This document shows, in pieces, positions 35,695 to 44,613 of a DNA stretch of 56,713 nucleotides. Location of the stretch: positions 1 through 56,713 of the forward strand of contig WQZZ01000001.1 of NCBI GenBank assembly GCA_009780485.1. Direction: 5' to 3'. The notes beneath the pieces are model-generated. The model was not told where the DNA came from, did no database searches, and was given only the letters and a program-made list of their open reading frames with translations. The DNA comes from Defluviitaleaceae bacterium. GTDB taxonomy: Bacteria; Bacillota; Clostridia; Lachnospirales; WRAX01. The number at the start of each line of letters is the position of its first letter. Positions within the stretch are counted from its first letter, which is position 1. The position numbers and the translations under genes are program-made.

Positions 35695-36845
35695 TACATC
35701 ATCTCCAAAAATGCCGCAAGCCTTGTTTTTAGCTGTGCTGTATCGGATGTGGAATAATCCGTTTCCACGCTGATAAATGGAACGTCATGGGATTGCATCA
35801 ATTTGCGTATTTCCACCGTTTCAATTGCATATGTATGACAAGCGGTTAGCACCATTTCGACCACGCCGTCCACCTTAAAATCCTTACAAAGCTGGGTAAG
35901 AAGGTCGTAGCGGTTGGTGTTTGGTGACATGACAGAGCATCCGATTTGCAAGTATCTGTCCGCAATCGCCCTGTAAGGCTCGGCATTTTCGTCGATATTT
36001 AGTGCAACAGGTTTGTAGCCAATACAGTTTTCGTACACCACCACAACGCCACCGCTTTCCTCGATAGCCTTGACCACCTTTTCCGTAACGCCAGCCAGCG
36101 GGCAACCCGTCACAAGGATACGTTTAGCGTTTTCTGGCACGTTGCGGACACCATTATCATAATCCATCTTGACTTTATCAATCATCTGACGCAATTCTTT
36201 GTTTTTTTCTTCCAAGTCAAATTTGAAAAGTTGCCCATAATTTAGTTTTAACTGCTCTGACCCCATAATGGGCGGTGGATTCAGCATACTAAGTTCTGCA
36301 AATTCTTTAAGCAAACTACGGGTTTCGTTTTTGATTTTAATAGCGGATTTAATGGCTTCATCAGTAATTGTCACGCCAAAGTCTGCTTCAACACGCTCTT
36401 TTAACCGTAGAACCTCTTTATACCACAGCTCTTGAGAAGCTTCGTCAAACTGACTTTGAGGTAACTGCATCACATGGACATTCTTAATTTCGCCCATAAG
36501 TTCGTACATCTTCTTTTTTCCATCACAAGTGGTTTCGCCAACCACCAAATCAGCAAAATAAAGGTATGGACATTTGTCCGTCACCGCAAAGCCATAACTA
36601 GATTTTATGAGAGGGCATAGGTTGCGGGGCAACACTTTCTCTGCTTCTGCAATGGTTTCATCGCTAAATGCACAAATACCCACAGGCACAGCCCCCGCCG
36701 CAATGAAAATTTCTTCTGGGGTATAGGTGCAATACATTCCGACTACCTTTTTGCCTGCATCTTTTAATTTCTTAATATCCAAAAACCCTTGTTTACGGGC
36801 GTCAGCAAAGCCATCAAAATCAACTGGTAAAGCATTATCGTTCAT
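35694..36845 (-). CDS. 2-hydroxyacyl-CoA-dehydratase-family protein, single subunit (double-cubane-cluster reductase-like)
   Basis: Start trimmed to the ATG at 36845, after CGGAGG. About 383 aa, at least 10 Cys. Only one dehydratase-family subunit is paired with an activase. Confidence 0.75.
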   Translation of the reverse strand: MNDNALPVDFDGFADARKQGFLDIKKLKDAGKKVVGMYCTYTPEEIFIAAGAVPVGICAFSDETIAEAEKVLPRNLCPLIKSSYGFAVTDKCPYLYFADLVVGETTCDGKKKMYELMGEIKNVHVMQLPQSQFDEASQELWYKEVLRLKERVEADFGVTITDEAIKSAIKIKNETRSLLKEFAELSMLNPPPIMGSEQLKLNYGQLFKFDLEEKNKELRQMIDKVKMDYDNGVRNVPENAKRILVTGCPLAGVTEKVVKAIEESGGVVVVYENCIGYKPVALNIDENAEPYRAIADRYLQIGCSVMSPNTNRYDLLTQLCKDFKVDGVVEMVLTACHTYAIETVEIRKLMQSHDVPFISVETDYSTSDTAQLKTRLAAFLEMM

Positions 36846-37041
36846 ATGTAACCTCCGACATTTTTTGATTAAATTATGCCACAAGTATCATAAATTTTCT
36901 AATATCAATTATTAATGAATTTTATGAATATTATCAAAATATCTAATAAACAGTAAATTGTTTATAAAATCGTTGTAAGATTTGTTGCCATATGATAAAA
37001 TCAATTTTATTCATAAAACGACTTTGAAAAGAGGTGCGACT

Positions 37042-37257
37042 ATGAAAGATAGCACAATGATGATATGTTACTGCTCAAATGTCACAAAAAATGAAATTCT
37101 TATTGCTATTAGTAATGGAGCAACAACCATGGATGACATACGTAGCAAAACAAATGCCTGCACCCTCGGTCTTTGTGAAGAGTTTAACCCAGAAAAGAGA
37201 TGCTGCTCCCCTGAAATAATTACAATCCTTAAAGAAGCCCGTGAAATAAATCCATAG
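37042..37257 (+). CDS. BFD-like [2Fe-2S]-binding-domain protein with extra Cys-Cys
   Basis: 71 aa, from the ATG after AAGAGGTG. ICYCSNVT...ACTLGLCE pattern plus KRCCSPE. TTGTAA-17-TAAAAT promoter at 36973..37001. Confidence 0.6.
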   Translation: MKDSTMMICYCSNVTKNEILIAISNGATTMDDIRSKTNACTLGLCEEFNPEKRCCSPEIITILKEAREINP

Positions 37258-37543
37258 CCAATATTTGTTGAAAATTAGGACACTGATAAATGCGTCATAT
37301 CGACTTTTATATTACATTACGAACTAATTCAAAAAAATGTACAATCAAAAATCCCCTGCGTTGAACAACGGAGGGGATTTTGTTACATATTATGGGTTTC
37401 TACTATAAGGTTTTGAGACCAAGAACCCCATTACCACTAATAAACATAGTGGTAATGGGGGGACTATATATTTAACAGTTTAACTTAGTTAGATTATCAA
37501 AAAACAACACCATTGTTAACCCGACTAACATTGGTGTTGTTTT

Positions 37544-38368
37544 TTATTTACGTTTGACTTGATTATAGATTTCACTTTTTGACACTCCCCGCTCTTTGGC
37601 AGCAAGCTTTATAGCATCTTTTTCACTATGTCCTTGTCCCATAAAACCATTAATATGTTCTTGCACATTTTCAGGAAAATCGACAACTTGCTCAACTGCA
37701 CCTTCCACAATAATCACAAATTCCCCACGAGGGGCGGTGTCCGTGTAGCTATCTAGGATTTGGGTGAATGTTCCACGTGAAACATTCTCAAATTTTTTGG
37801 TAAGCTCTCTCACAATGGCGACTTTTCTATCACCAAGCATATCCCGCATTTCGGTAAGTACAGTTATTAGGCGGTGAGGGGCTTCATAAAACACCATTGT
37901 GCGATGCTCCGTGACAAGTCCTCCCAAAATCCTTTTGCGGTCAGATTTGTCACGGGGCAAGAAGCCTTCAAAAACATGGGGGTGTATGGTGAAGCCAGAC
38001 AACACAAGGGCAGACAGTCCCGCAGTTGCCCCAGGGCAAATGGTAACGGTTATGTCCTCGTCATGGCAGGTCTGTATCAATTCCCGCCCAGGGTCAGAAA
38101 TGCCAGGCATACCAGAATCGCTCACCAAAGCAATCTTTGCACCACCCCGCAACCGCTCTATCAGTTGCTTTCCCTTTGTTTCCTTGTTGTTTTCATGGTA
38201 GCTGGTTGTCGGGGTTTTGATTTCGTAATGATGCAAAAGTTTAGCCGTGTGTCGTGTGTCCTCGGCAGCAATCAAATCCACTTCGCCAAGTACACGCAAC
38301 ACACGCAAGGTAATATCCTCCAAATTCCCAATGGGTGTGGCACAAATATACAAAATTCCGTCAACCAT
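37544..38368 (-). CDS. rsmI: 16S rRNA (cytidine1402-2'-O)-methyltransferase
   Basis: LYICATPIGNLEDIT.R, the tetrapyrrole-methylase fold, and a C-terminal KERGVSKSEIYN tail. Confidence 0.92.
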   Translation of the reverse strand: MVDGILYICATPIGNLEDITLRVLRVLGEVDLIAAEDTRHTAKLLHHYEIKTPTTSYHENNKETKGKQLIERLRGGAKIALVSDSGMPGISDPGRELIQTCHDEDITVTICPGATAGLSALVLSGFTIHPHVFEGFLPRDKSDRKRILGGLVTEHRTMVFYEAPHRLITVLTEMRDMLGDRKVAIVRELTKKFENVSRGTFTQILDSYTDTAPRGEFVIIVEGAVEQVVDFPENVQEHINGFMGQGHSEKDAIKLAAKERGVSKSEIYNQVKRK

Positions 38369-39086
38369 AGTACATCTCCCTTACCTCTGCTGTGTATTCA
38401 CCATCGTCCCCGTAAATAATCAAAGGTGCGTCAATCTTTAACTGTGGTCCACCGCCTTTGGTCGCTTTAATTAGTACTAAATTTGGCGGTTTACCTACCT
38501 TAGACTGCACAAACCGTAATATTTTAGGGGCAAGCCCATGTCTATCAAATGCCAAAATTATATCTGCCAACCGCTGGGGGCGATGAACCATATAAAATGT
38601 TCCACGTGGAACAAGCCAGCGACTTGCCGCCTCTGCCACATCATCCAAGACACATTCAATTTCGTGTCTAGCAATGGCAAGGGCTTGGTCAGGGCTGATT
38701 TTGCCATCATTTATCGCCATATAAGGCGGGTTACAGGTTACAATGTCAAAACCATCAGAAGGAAAAGTGCTTGCATCACGCAAATCACCACAAACAATCC
38801 GTACCTTTTGACTGATGCCGTTTAACTCCACAGAACGCATAGCCATGTCCGCAGCCTTTTGCTGAATTTCCAACCCAGTAAAATGCTCACCGACAGTCTT
38901 TGCTGATAGCAAAATTGGCACAATCCCATTACCGCTACACAAATCCAGAACCCGCTGACCCTTATGCACCTGTGCAAACGCAGACAACAATACCGCATCC
39001 ATACCAAAGCAAAACCCATTAGGGTTTTGGATAATTTTCAAACCATCCCTATGCAAGTCATCCAACCGCTCGCCTTCCTGCAACAA
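38361..39086 (-). CDS. SAM-dependent methyltransferase, tRNA (adenine-N6)-methyltransferase YfiC/YabB-like
   Basis: TTG start after GGGGGGA. F.FGMDAVLL, VLDLCSGNG and the NPPY motif. Confidence 0.8.
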   Translation of the reverse strand: MLQEGERLDDLHRDGLKIIQNPNGFCFGMDAVLLSAFAQVHKGQRVLDLCSGNGIVPILLSAKTVGEHFTGLEIQQKAADMAMRSVELNGISQKVRIVCGDLRDASTFPSDGFDIVTCNPPYMAINDGKISPDQALAIARHEIECVLDDVAEAASRWLVPRGTFYMVHRPQRLADIILAFDRHGLAPKILRFVQSKVGKPPNLVLIKATKGGGPQLKIDAPLIIYGDDGEYTAEVREMYYG

Positions 39087-39177
39087 AGCCTAATCCCCCC
39101 TAGCAAAACACATATGGTAAATAGAAGTTTAACAAAAATAATCCAGAGTGTCAAATGCTCTGGATTATTTTTGTTAA

Positions 39178-40047
39178 CTATTTCGCCGACTGTAAGATGA
39201 ATATAGTGCCTTCAACCCCATATCCCAACTTTTCATAATAAGGGTCTACACCGCTCATAACATAAACCGCACTATGAGGAAAATCACGGCATACTTGTTC
39301 CATCAACATACGCCCATACCCTTTTCCTCGATAATCCTTATCCACAAGCAAATCCACTATATATACACCAAATCCGAAATCATCACGGACACGGACGTAT
39401 CCGCACAGTGTTTCACCCTCATAAGCAAGATAAACGTCACATTCTTCCAAGGCTCTTTTATATCTTGCTCGGTTTTCGCCTTGCCAATATGTCCATTCCA
39501 AGCCTTCACGCTCAATTAAGGAAAATAATTCATCCTCCTCATCTGAGCTATAAGACTTAATTAGCACTTTCTCTATTTTATATCGGTTACACTCTGTGTC
39601 GAATAACACAAATCCGCTTGACAGCAATGCCTTTTCAGAAGCTTTGTTGCCTTCACCAATGTCTGCAACAACTCGCTTGGCGTCTGGTAAAGTGAAGATT
39701 TTATCAACAAGTTGTGTGATAATGCCTTTACCCAAACCCTTACCAAGATACAATTCCTCTCCTATAAAATAGTCGATACAATATGAACCTGCAAGTTGCA
39801 AAGCACCCCAGCCCTCATCGCTGTCTATACATTTGTAATACTGACAAAACCCTATGGGACGACCATCATACATGGCTATAAGATGTGTTAAAAATTGAAA
39901 TTCGCCATGGCGGTTTTCGATTTCATAAACCCAATCGTCAATAGAGCAATCTCCTGGCACTTCGTACCATCTCTTTATATGCTCTTTGTTCAGCCAGTCT
40001 TCCACCAAAGTTATATCGTTGTCATTTAATAATCTTAATTCTAACAT
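39178..40047 (-). CDS. two-domain GNAT acetyltransferase (N-domain AAC(6')/RimL-like)
   Basis: Start trimmed to the ATG at 40047, after GGAGGAC. Two acetyl-CoA motifs: GKGLGKG and RGKGYGRML. Confidence 0.75.
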   Translation of the reverse strand: MLELRLLNDNDITLVEDWLNKEHIKRWYEVPGDCSIDDWVYEIENRHGEFQFLTHLIAMYDGRPIGFCQYYKCIDSDEGWGALQLAGSYCIDYFIGEELYLGKGLGKGIITQLVDKIFTLPDAKRVVADIGEGNKASEKALLSSGFVLFDTECNRYKIEKVLIKSYSSDEEDELFSLIEREGLEWTYWQGENRARYKRALEECDVYLAYEGETLCGYVRVRDDFGFGVYIVDLLVDKDYRGKGYGRMLMEQVCRDFPHSAVYVMSGVDPYYEKLGYGVEGTIFILQSAK

Positions 40048-40179
40048 AGTTTTGTCCTCCAAAATAGTTGTAATTATTATGATATGTACCAACTTCATAT
40101 ATTCGGAGGTCCACGGATTCTTACTAAACTCGAGGTTTAACAAGGGGGTCTAATTTTATTCATATTAACACTCCTCCTA

Positions 40180-41214
40180 TCACAATACTGGTGTTTCTAG
40201 CAGTCGCAGGGATTTGGTGTTGCAGTCAATTTCGGCGGTGATACCATATGGCAAAACGCAAATAGGGGCGGTATGTCCAAAGTTTACATTATATAATATG
40301 GGCATATCTGGTCGGTGGGCTTCTTTGGCAACTTGCATAAGGACGGTCTTATATTCCTCATAAAATTTCTCCCCGCAGGGCTTACCAAAGATAATGCCGC
40401 CAATACGGTGGGTAATTCCCTGTGCTGTCAAACCTCGCAAAATCCATTTTATGTGGTCTGGACTTGGATGAACCTCGGAGGTTTCTAAAAACAGTAAGGC
40501 ATTGTCCCATTCGTCTCCTGATGGCCAAATTTTGCTACCGACAATCATAGGCAACACATCAAGGCAACCACCGAGTAGCTTTCCACGTGAAACACCTTTG
40601 CCTTGTAACAACTCATAGCCCTTGAGGTCCGGGGTCATTGTGCGAGCAATGTTGCAGTTGGATTTGTCGCTCCACTCCAAATACTCCCCTGTCCAAACTG
40701 GACTCGGTTTAATCTCCAAATGGTCTGTTGGCTCAAAAATTACGTTTTTGATGTGTTGGATGGTATAGTCGTGCATAGCAACATTTTCGGCAAACTCTAC
40801 CATAATGCAACCGCCGTAAAAGGACACAACTCCTGCCTTTTGCATCATAAAATGGTTTGCCGTGGTATCCGAATAACCCATAAACACCTTGGGGTTTTCA
40901 CGTATAACATCAAAATCTACATAGGGCAACAAGCGAATAGCATCATCTCCACCAATCATGCAGATAATACCTTTTATATCAGGGTTTCTGAAGGCATCCA
41001 TTAAATCCTTTGCACGAAGGGCTGGATTATCATACAAAAACTCAATTCCCTTTAGTGCGTGGGGCATCGTAACCACATTAAGCCCAAAAACTTCCTCCAG
41101 CCGTTGTTTACCTCGCTGGTATCGGTGCAAAAACGCTTCCTCGCCACCCAACCCACTGGATAGGGATACAATGGCAACCGTATCACCCCTTTTCAGCCTT
41201 GCTGGTTTAATCAT
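40180..41214 (-). CDS. S66-family LD-carboxypeptidase (LdcA / MccF-like)
   Basis: LKRGDTVAIVSLSSG, GYSDTT and FGH motifs. ATGA overlap with the upstream gene. Confidence 0.85.
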   Translation of the reverse strand: MIKPARLKRGDTVAIVSLSSGLGGEEAFLHRYQRGKQRLEEVFGLNVVTMPHALKGIEFLYDNPALRAKDLMDAFRNPDIKGIICMIGGDDAIRLLPYVDFDVIRENPKVFMGYSDTTANHFMMQKAGVVSFYGGCIMVEFAENVAMHDYTIQHIKNVIFEPTDHLEIKPSPVWTGEYLEWSDKSNCNIARTMTPDLKGYELLQGKGVSRGKLLGGCLDVLPMIVGSKIWPSGDEWDNALLFLETSEVHPSPDHIKWILRGLTAQGITHRIGGIIFGKPCGEKFYEEYKTVLMQVAKEAHRPDMPILYNVNFGHTAPICVLPYGITAEIDCNTKSLRLLETPVL

Positions 41215-42143
41215 CTTCTTCTCAACTCCTCAACAATTTCCCGCATGACATCACAAAAACCCTTTGGATTGTCTATATCAGTGATATGCCCTGCATCCTC
41301 CACCCAATAAAGCTTTTTGTGAGGGGCGTTTATTTTTTCAAAATACTCCGCCGCCGTAGTGCTGGGGGTCTGCCAGTCATCTCTGCCAAGGATATAGTAA
41401 ACAGGTAGGTCGTACTGGGTTATATCCCAAATTGTATAATCCGCAAGGCTATCTTGAAAATCTTTGTTTGCCTTAATGCTTTTCATATACATGGGTAAGT
41501 CAGTAAGCTTAAAAACTGGACTTTTAAGTGCCACCCTAAGCAATTTTGAAACATTAATAGCCTGCCCGTGCTTGGATTGCAAACGCCCAAAACGAAACAT
41601 ATGGTTGTTATAATTTTCAAGGCTGACATTAGGGTAATCCCCCAAGGCATCTAGCTTTTTTAAGTCACCTTTTGCCCCTTTGGTTTCAAGAGTTTGGCGT
41701 AGGTGGTCGTAAGAAGCCCGCATTTCACGTCTAGTATCCACCACGTGACCGTTACCCACATAGGCAAACACATCACTTGGGTATTTAAGCACGTATTGCG
41801 TACCCAAAACCGAACCCCATGACTGACCCCACAAAATAATCCTGTTGGTTTGGTATTTTTCCTTTATATAAGCGATGGTTTGGCGTAAATCTTCCAGTAA
41901 GGTATCTATATTTAGTTCTCCTCGTTTTACTACATTCCTTTTTAAGGTTTTGAGCGTCCCTCGCTGGTCGTAATACACCAGATTTGCAAAATCCCAATAC
42001 TCTTTTAAGGTATGTCCGCCCATTGCAGTAGACGAACCAGGTCCGCCATGTAACATCAACACAACTTCTTCATGGTCTGATGGGTAATGCAGAAAATACT
42101 GGTTGATACCATTTATCGGCACATATTCTTCAATATAACTCAT
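41211..42143 (-). CDS. alpha/beta hydrolase (proline-iminopeptidase-like)
   Basis: Start trimmed to the ATG at 42143. HGGPG oxyanion motif. Nucleophile elbow GQSWGS. Confidence 0.8.
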   Translation of the reverse strand: MSYIEEYVPINGINQYFLHYPSDHEEVVLMLHGGPGSSTAMGGHTLKEYWDFANLVYYDQRGTLKTLKRNVVKRGELNIDTLLEDLRQTIAYIKEKYQTNRIILWGQSWGSVLGTQYVLKYPSDVFAYVGNGHVVDTRREMRASYDHLRQTLETKGAKGDLKKLDALGDYPNVSLENYNNHMFRFGRLQSKHGQAINVSKLLRVALKSPVFKLTDLPMYMKSIKANKDFQDSLADYTIWDITQYDLPVYYILGRDDWQTPSTTAAEYFEKINAPHKKLYWVEDAGHITDIDNPKGFCDVMREIVEELRRR

Positions 42144-42223
42144 ATTTCCCCCTCGTGCCACTAATACAATTAAAGGCGGGGGCAAGCCACCCGCCCTACA
42201 TGGTGTTATAATTAAAATTTGTT

Positions 42224-42982
42224 TTAGCTACAGTTGTTATTATGCCAATCGCTACACAAAAGCGGATACTCACAGTTTTTTACGGCATCCTCATAGGTGA
42301 CATTTCCATCGGTTTCTATGATGGTTTTCAGATAAGCTCTCAAGTTTTTGATTGACGAAGCGACCTTTTGCCCCTCAAAAGCTGGTCCGTGTCCTGGTAT
42401 CATTGTCAGGTGGGAATATTTCTCGAGATTGTCCAAGGCGTCCATCTGGATTTTAGCATCACTTTTACCCGCACATAGATATGGCAAGGTTTGTTCTCCA
42501 CTATTTGCAAAAACTAGCTCGTCTGCAACACACAAAAACTGGTCGTTGATTTTTACCAGTAATGTATCCACCGAGTGACCAGGGGCTGGGATAAGCTCCA
42601 GCTTATGTCTGACAAATTCTATGGTTGTTGATGTATCCACTGTGGTTGTTGGGGTATATTTTCGTATTTCCTCCTCGCTTGTCTTATAAAAAGCGAAGGT
42701 TTCATGGAAGCGTATGCTCCCGAAAAAGGGGATGTTAGGCAACGCTTCTAAACCAGAATAGTGGTCGGAATGGAAATGCGTAATTATTATTTTGTCAATT
42801 GTTATGCCCTTTGCGGATAAGTCATCCATGGCTTGCTTTGCATAATCTTCAAAGGCAACATCAATCAGCAAAGCCTTGTCGCCATCAATAACGGCGACTA
42901 TATTATACCCAACTGGGCTTGTTTCACTTCTTGGTGGAAACATATATTGGATTACATCGTTCGATAGTTGAATTTTATTCAT
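42224..42982 (-). CDS. MBL-fold metallohydrolase
   Basis: Start trimmed to the ATG at 42982, after AAGGAG. HFHSDH motif. Confidence 0.8.
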   Translation of the reverse strand: MNKIQLSNDVIQYMFPPRSETSPVGYNIVAVIDGDKALLIDVAFEDYAKQAMDDLSAKGITIDKIIITHFHSDHYSGLEALPNIPFFGSIRFHETFAFYKTSEEEIRKYTPTTTVDTSTTIEFVRHKLELIPAPGHSVDTLLVKINDQFLCVADELVFANSGEQTLPYLCAGKSDAKIQMDALDNLEKYSHLTMIPGHGPAFEGQKVASSIKNLRAYLKTIIETDGNVTYEDAVKNCEYPLLCSDWHNNNCS

Positions 42983-42992
42983 TTTTATCTCC

Positions 42993-43901
42993 TTAGCTAA
43001 ATGTGGTACCGCTTTTGCCAGCGATGGCATCCCCTGCTTTTTCTAGCAGAGCAATTATCGCTTTTTTACCACCGTTTTCGATAAAGCTTGCACAAGCTTG
43101 CACCTTTGGTAGCATACTGCCTGGTGCAAAATGCCCTTCGGCTTCGTATTTTTTGGCTTCTTCCACTGTTAGGGTGTCTAAATCTTTGTGGTCTGGCTTT
43201 TGGAAGTTAAGAGCTACGTGGGTAACGGCAGTTAGAATTATGAGGGTGTCTGCCCCGATAAGTTCTGCCATTTTGGCGGATGCAAAGTCTTTGTCAACCA
43301 CTGCGTCAATGCCTTTCCAAATGCCAGCGTCGTCATAAACTGGCGTGCCACCGCCTCCGCAGGCGATAACAATCATATCGTCAGCCAATAGCTTTTTAAC
43401 TACGTCCTTTTCTACGATGTCAACTGGCTTAGGGGATGCCACTGCCCAGCGCCAGCCACGCCCAGCATCTTCCATGTAATATTTGCCAGTTTCCGCCATT
43501 ATTTTTTTGGCTTCTTCTTCAGTGCTATAAGCTCCAATGGGCTTGGTGGGCTTTAGGAAGGCGGGGTCGTTCTTGTCTACCACTGTTTGGGATGGGATTG
43601 TGGCAACCTCTTTGTTGATGCCACGTTCGGAAAGCTCGTTGCGGATTGCTTGTTGGATGTGATAACCTATGTAACCTTGGGACATGGCAATGCACTCTAC
43701 CAGTGGCATATCGTCTTTGCCAGCATCCATTAGAAGCTTTATCATGCCCACCTGTGGGCCGTTTCCGTGGGCAACCACAACCTTATGCCCATCTGCCACA
43801 AAATCTACTACGGATTTCGCAGCTTGTTTTACCATTTCCAATTGCTCTTTTACATTGTTACCTAGGGCATTGCCCCCTAAAGCTAATACAACTGTTGACA
43901 T
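42993..43901 (-). CDS. arcC: carbamate kinase
   Basis: VVLALGGNAL, HGNGPQVG and GGGGTPV motifs. 302 aa. Confidence 0.9.
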   Translation of the reverse strand: MSTVVLALGGNALGNNVKEQLEMVKQAAKSVVDFVADGHKVVVAHGNGPQVGMIKLLMDAGKDDMPLVECIAMSQGYIGYHIQQAIRNELSERGINKEVATIPSQTVVDKNDPAFLKPTKPIGAYSTEEEAKKIMAETGKYYMEDAGRGWRWAVASPKPVDIVEKDVVKKLLADDMIVIACGGGGTPVYDDAGIWKGIDAVVDKDFASAKMAELIGADTLIILTAVTHVALNFQKPDHKDLDTLTVEEAKKYEAEGHFAPGSMLPKVQACASFIENGGKKAIIALLEKAGDAIAGKSGTTFS

Positions 43902-43940
43902 AAATTTTCCTCCTGTGTATGTAAAATTGTTGTTGACATA

Positions 43941-44594
43941 TTAAAGGTCTTTCATTCGCATTTTTGTGCGGTAGGAATATCCACCTTCTGAATGTGGAGT
44001 TTTTAGCCAGACGATGATACCTAAAGTACTAAATATGGTGATTGTAGTGAGGGTGAAGATGACACCCCACTCTATAGGTGGCGGGATTGGTTCAAGGGTT
44101 GAAAGCATTTGGAAAATGCGTTGTCCATGCTCCCCTTCCCATTCTTCGTCAGATAACCTAACACGAATTTCTATTACACTTCCTTGACCTGCCTCACGTA
44201 AAAATATTTGACGATAATACCCAATATCCCAGTGATAAGGCGGCAATCTTTCTGATACAAAAAATGGGAAGCTATCTGTTGGTGGATAAAACAGTGTATT
44301 ACCATCCTCCCAAGCAGCTACCCATCGCCAACTCGGGAGCGTGATAGCATTAACTAAATTCCTGTCAGTTTCATTGCAACTAACACTTATAAAACCAAGG
44401 CGAACTTCTGAAGCGTAGTAATATCGACTGTCGATATACACAACAAAACCAGGCCCAGTTGGCGACCATGACCACGAACTTCCTCGAACCTCTGGTTTCA
44501 CTTCTACACGTTTCAAGTATAAGCTTTCAGTAAAGCCAGATAAAAATAGGAGTATGAGTACCAACAATGGTAATATTCTTTTTGGAAATTTCAT
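43941..44594 (-). CDS. hypothetical protein with N-terminal signal/anchor and C-terminal TM helix
   Basis: 217-aa ORF, Trp/Tyr-rich ectodomain. No recognisable motif. Confidence 0.5.
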   Translation of the reverse strand: MKFPKRILPLLVLILLFLSGFTESLYLKRVEVKPEVRGSSWSWSPTGPGFVVYIDSRYYYASEVRLGFISVSCNETDRNLVNAITLPSWRWVAAWEDGNTLFYPPTDSFPFFVSERLPPYHWDIGYYRQIFLREAGQGSVIEIRVRLSDEEWEGEHGQRIFQMLSTLEPIPPPIEWGVIFTLTTITIFSTLGIIVWLKTPHSEGGYSYRTKMRMKDL

Positions 44595-44613
44595 AAACAG
44601 ACCCCTTTCTCTA

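Noticed and set aside
28032-36845. In-frame TGA (selenocysteine) codons or SECIS hairpins within the S/Se cluster.
   Set aside because: All twelve ORFs are uninterrupted, and the Cys-Cys positions I checked are TGT/TGC codons. The Sec idea applies at most to orthologues elsewhere.
36885-37041. AT-rich inverted repeats in the divergent promoter region of the cluster, considered as operators. These are ATAAACA-6-TGTTTAT at 36946..36965 and TTATGAATA / TATTCATAA at about 36921 and 37009.
   Set aside because: They are real inverted repeats. However, the region is so AT-rich that short palindromes are expected by chance, and no regulator gene is present in the cluster. Not reported as a feature.
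37874-38419. A 181-aa plus-strand ORF.
   Set aside because: It is antisense to rsmI, whose identity is clear. Arg/Gln-rich shadow frame.
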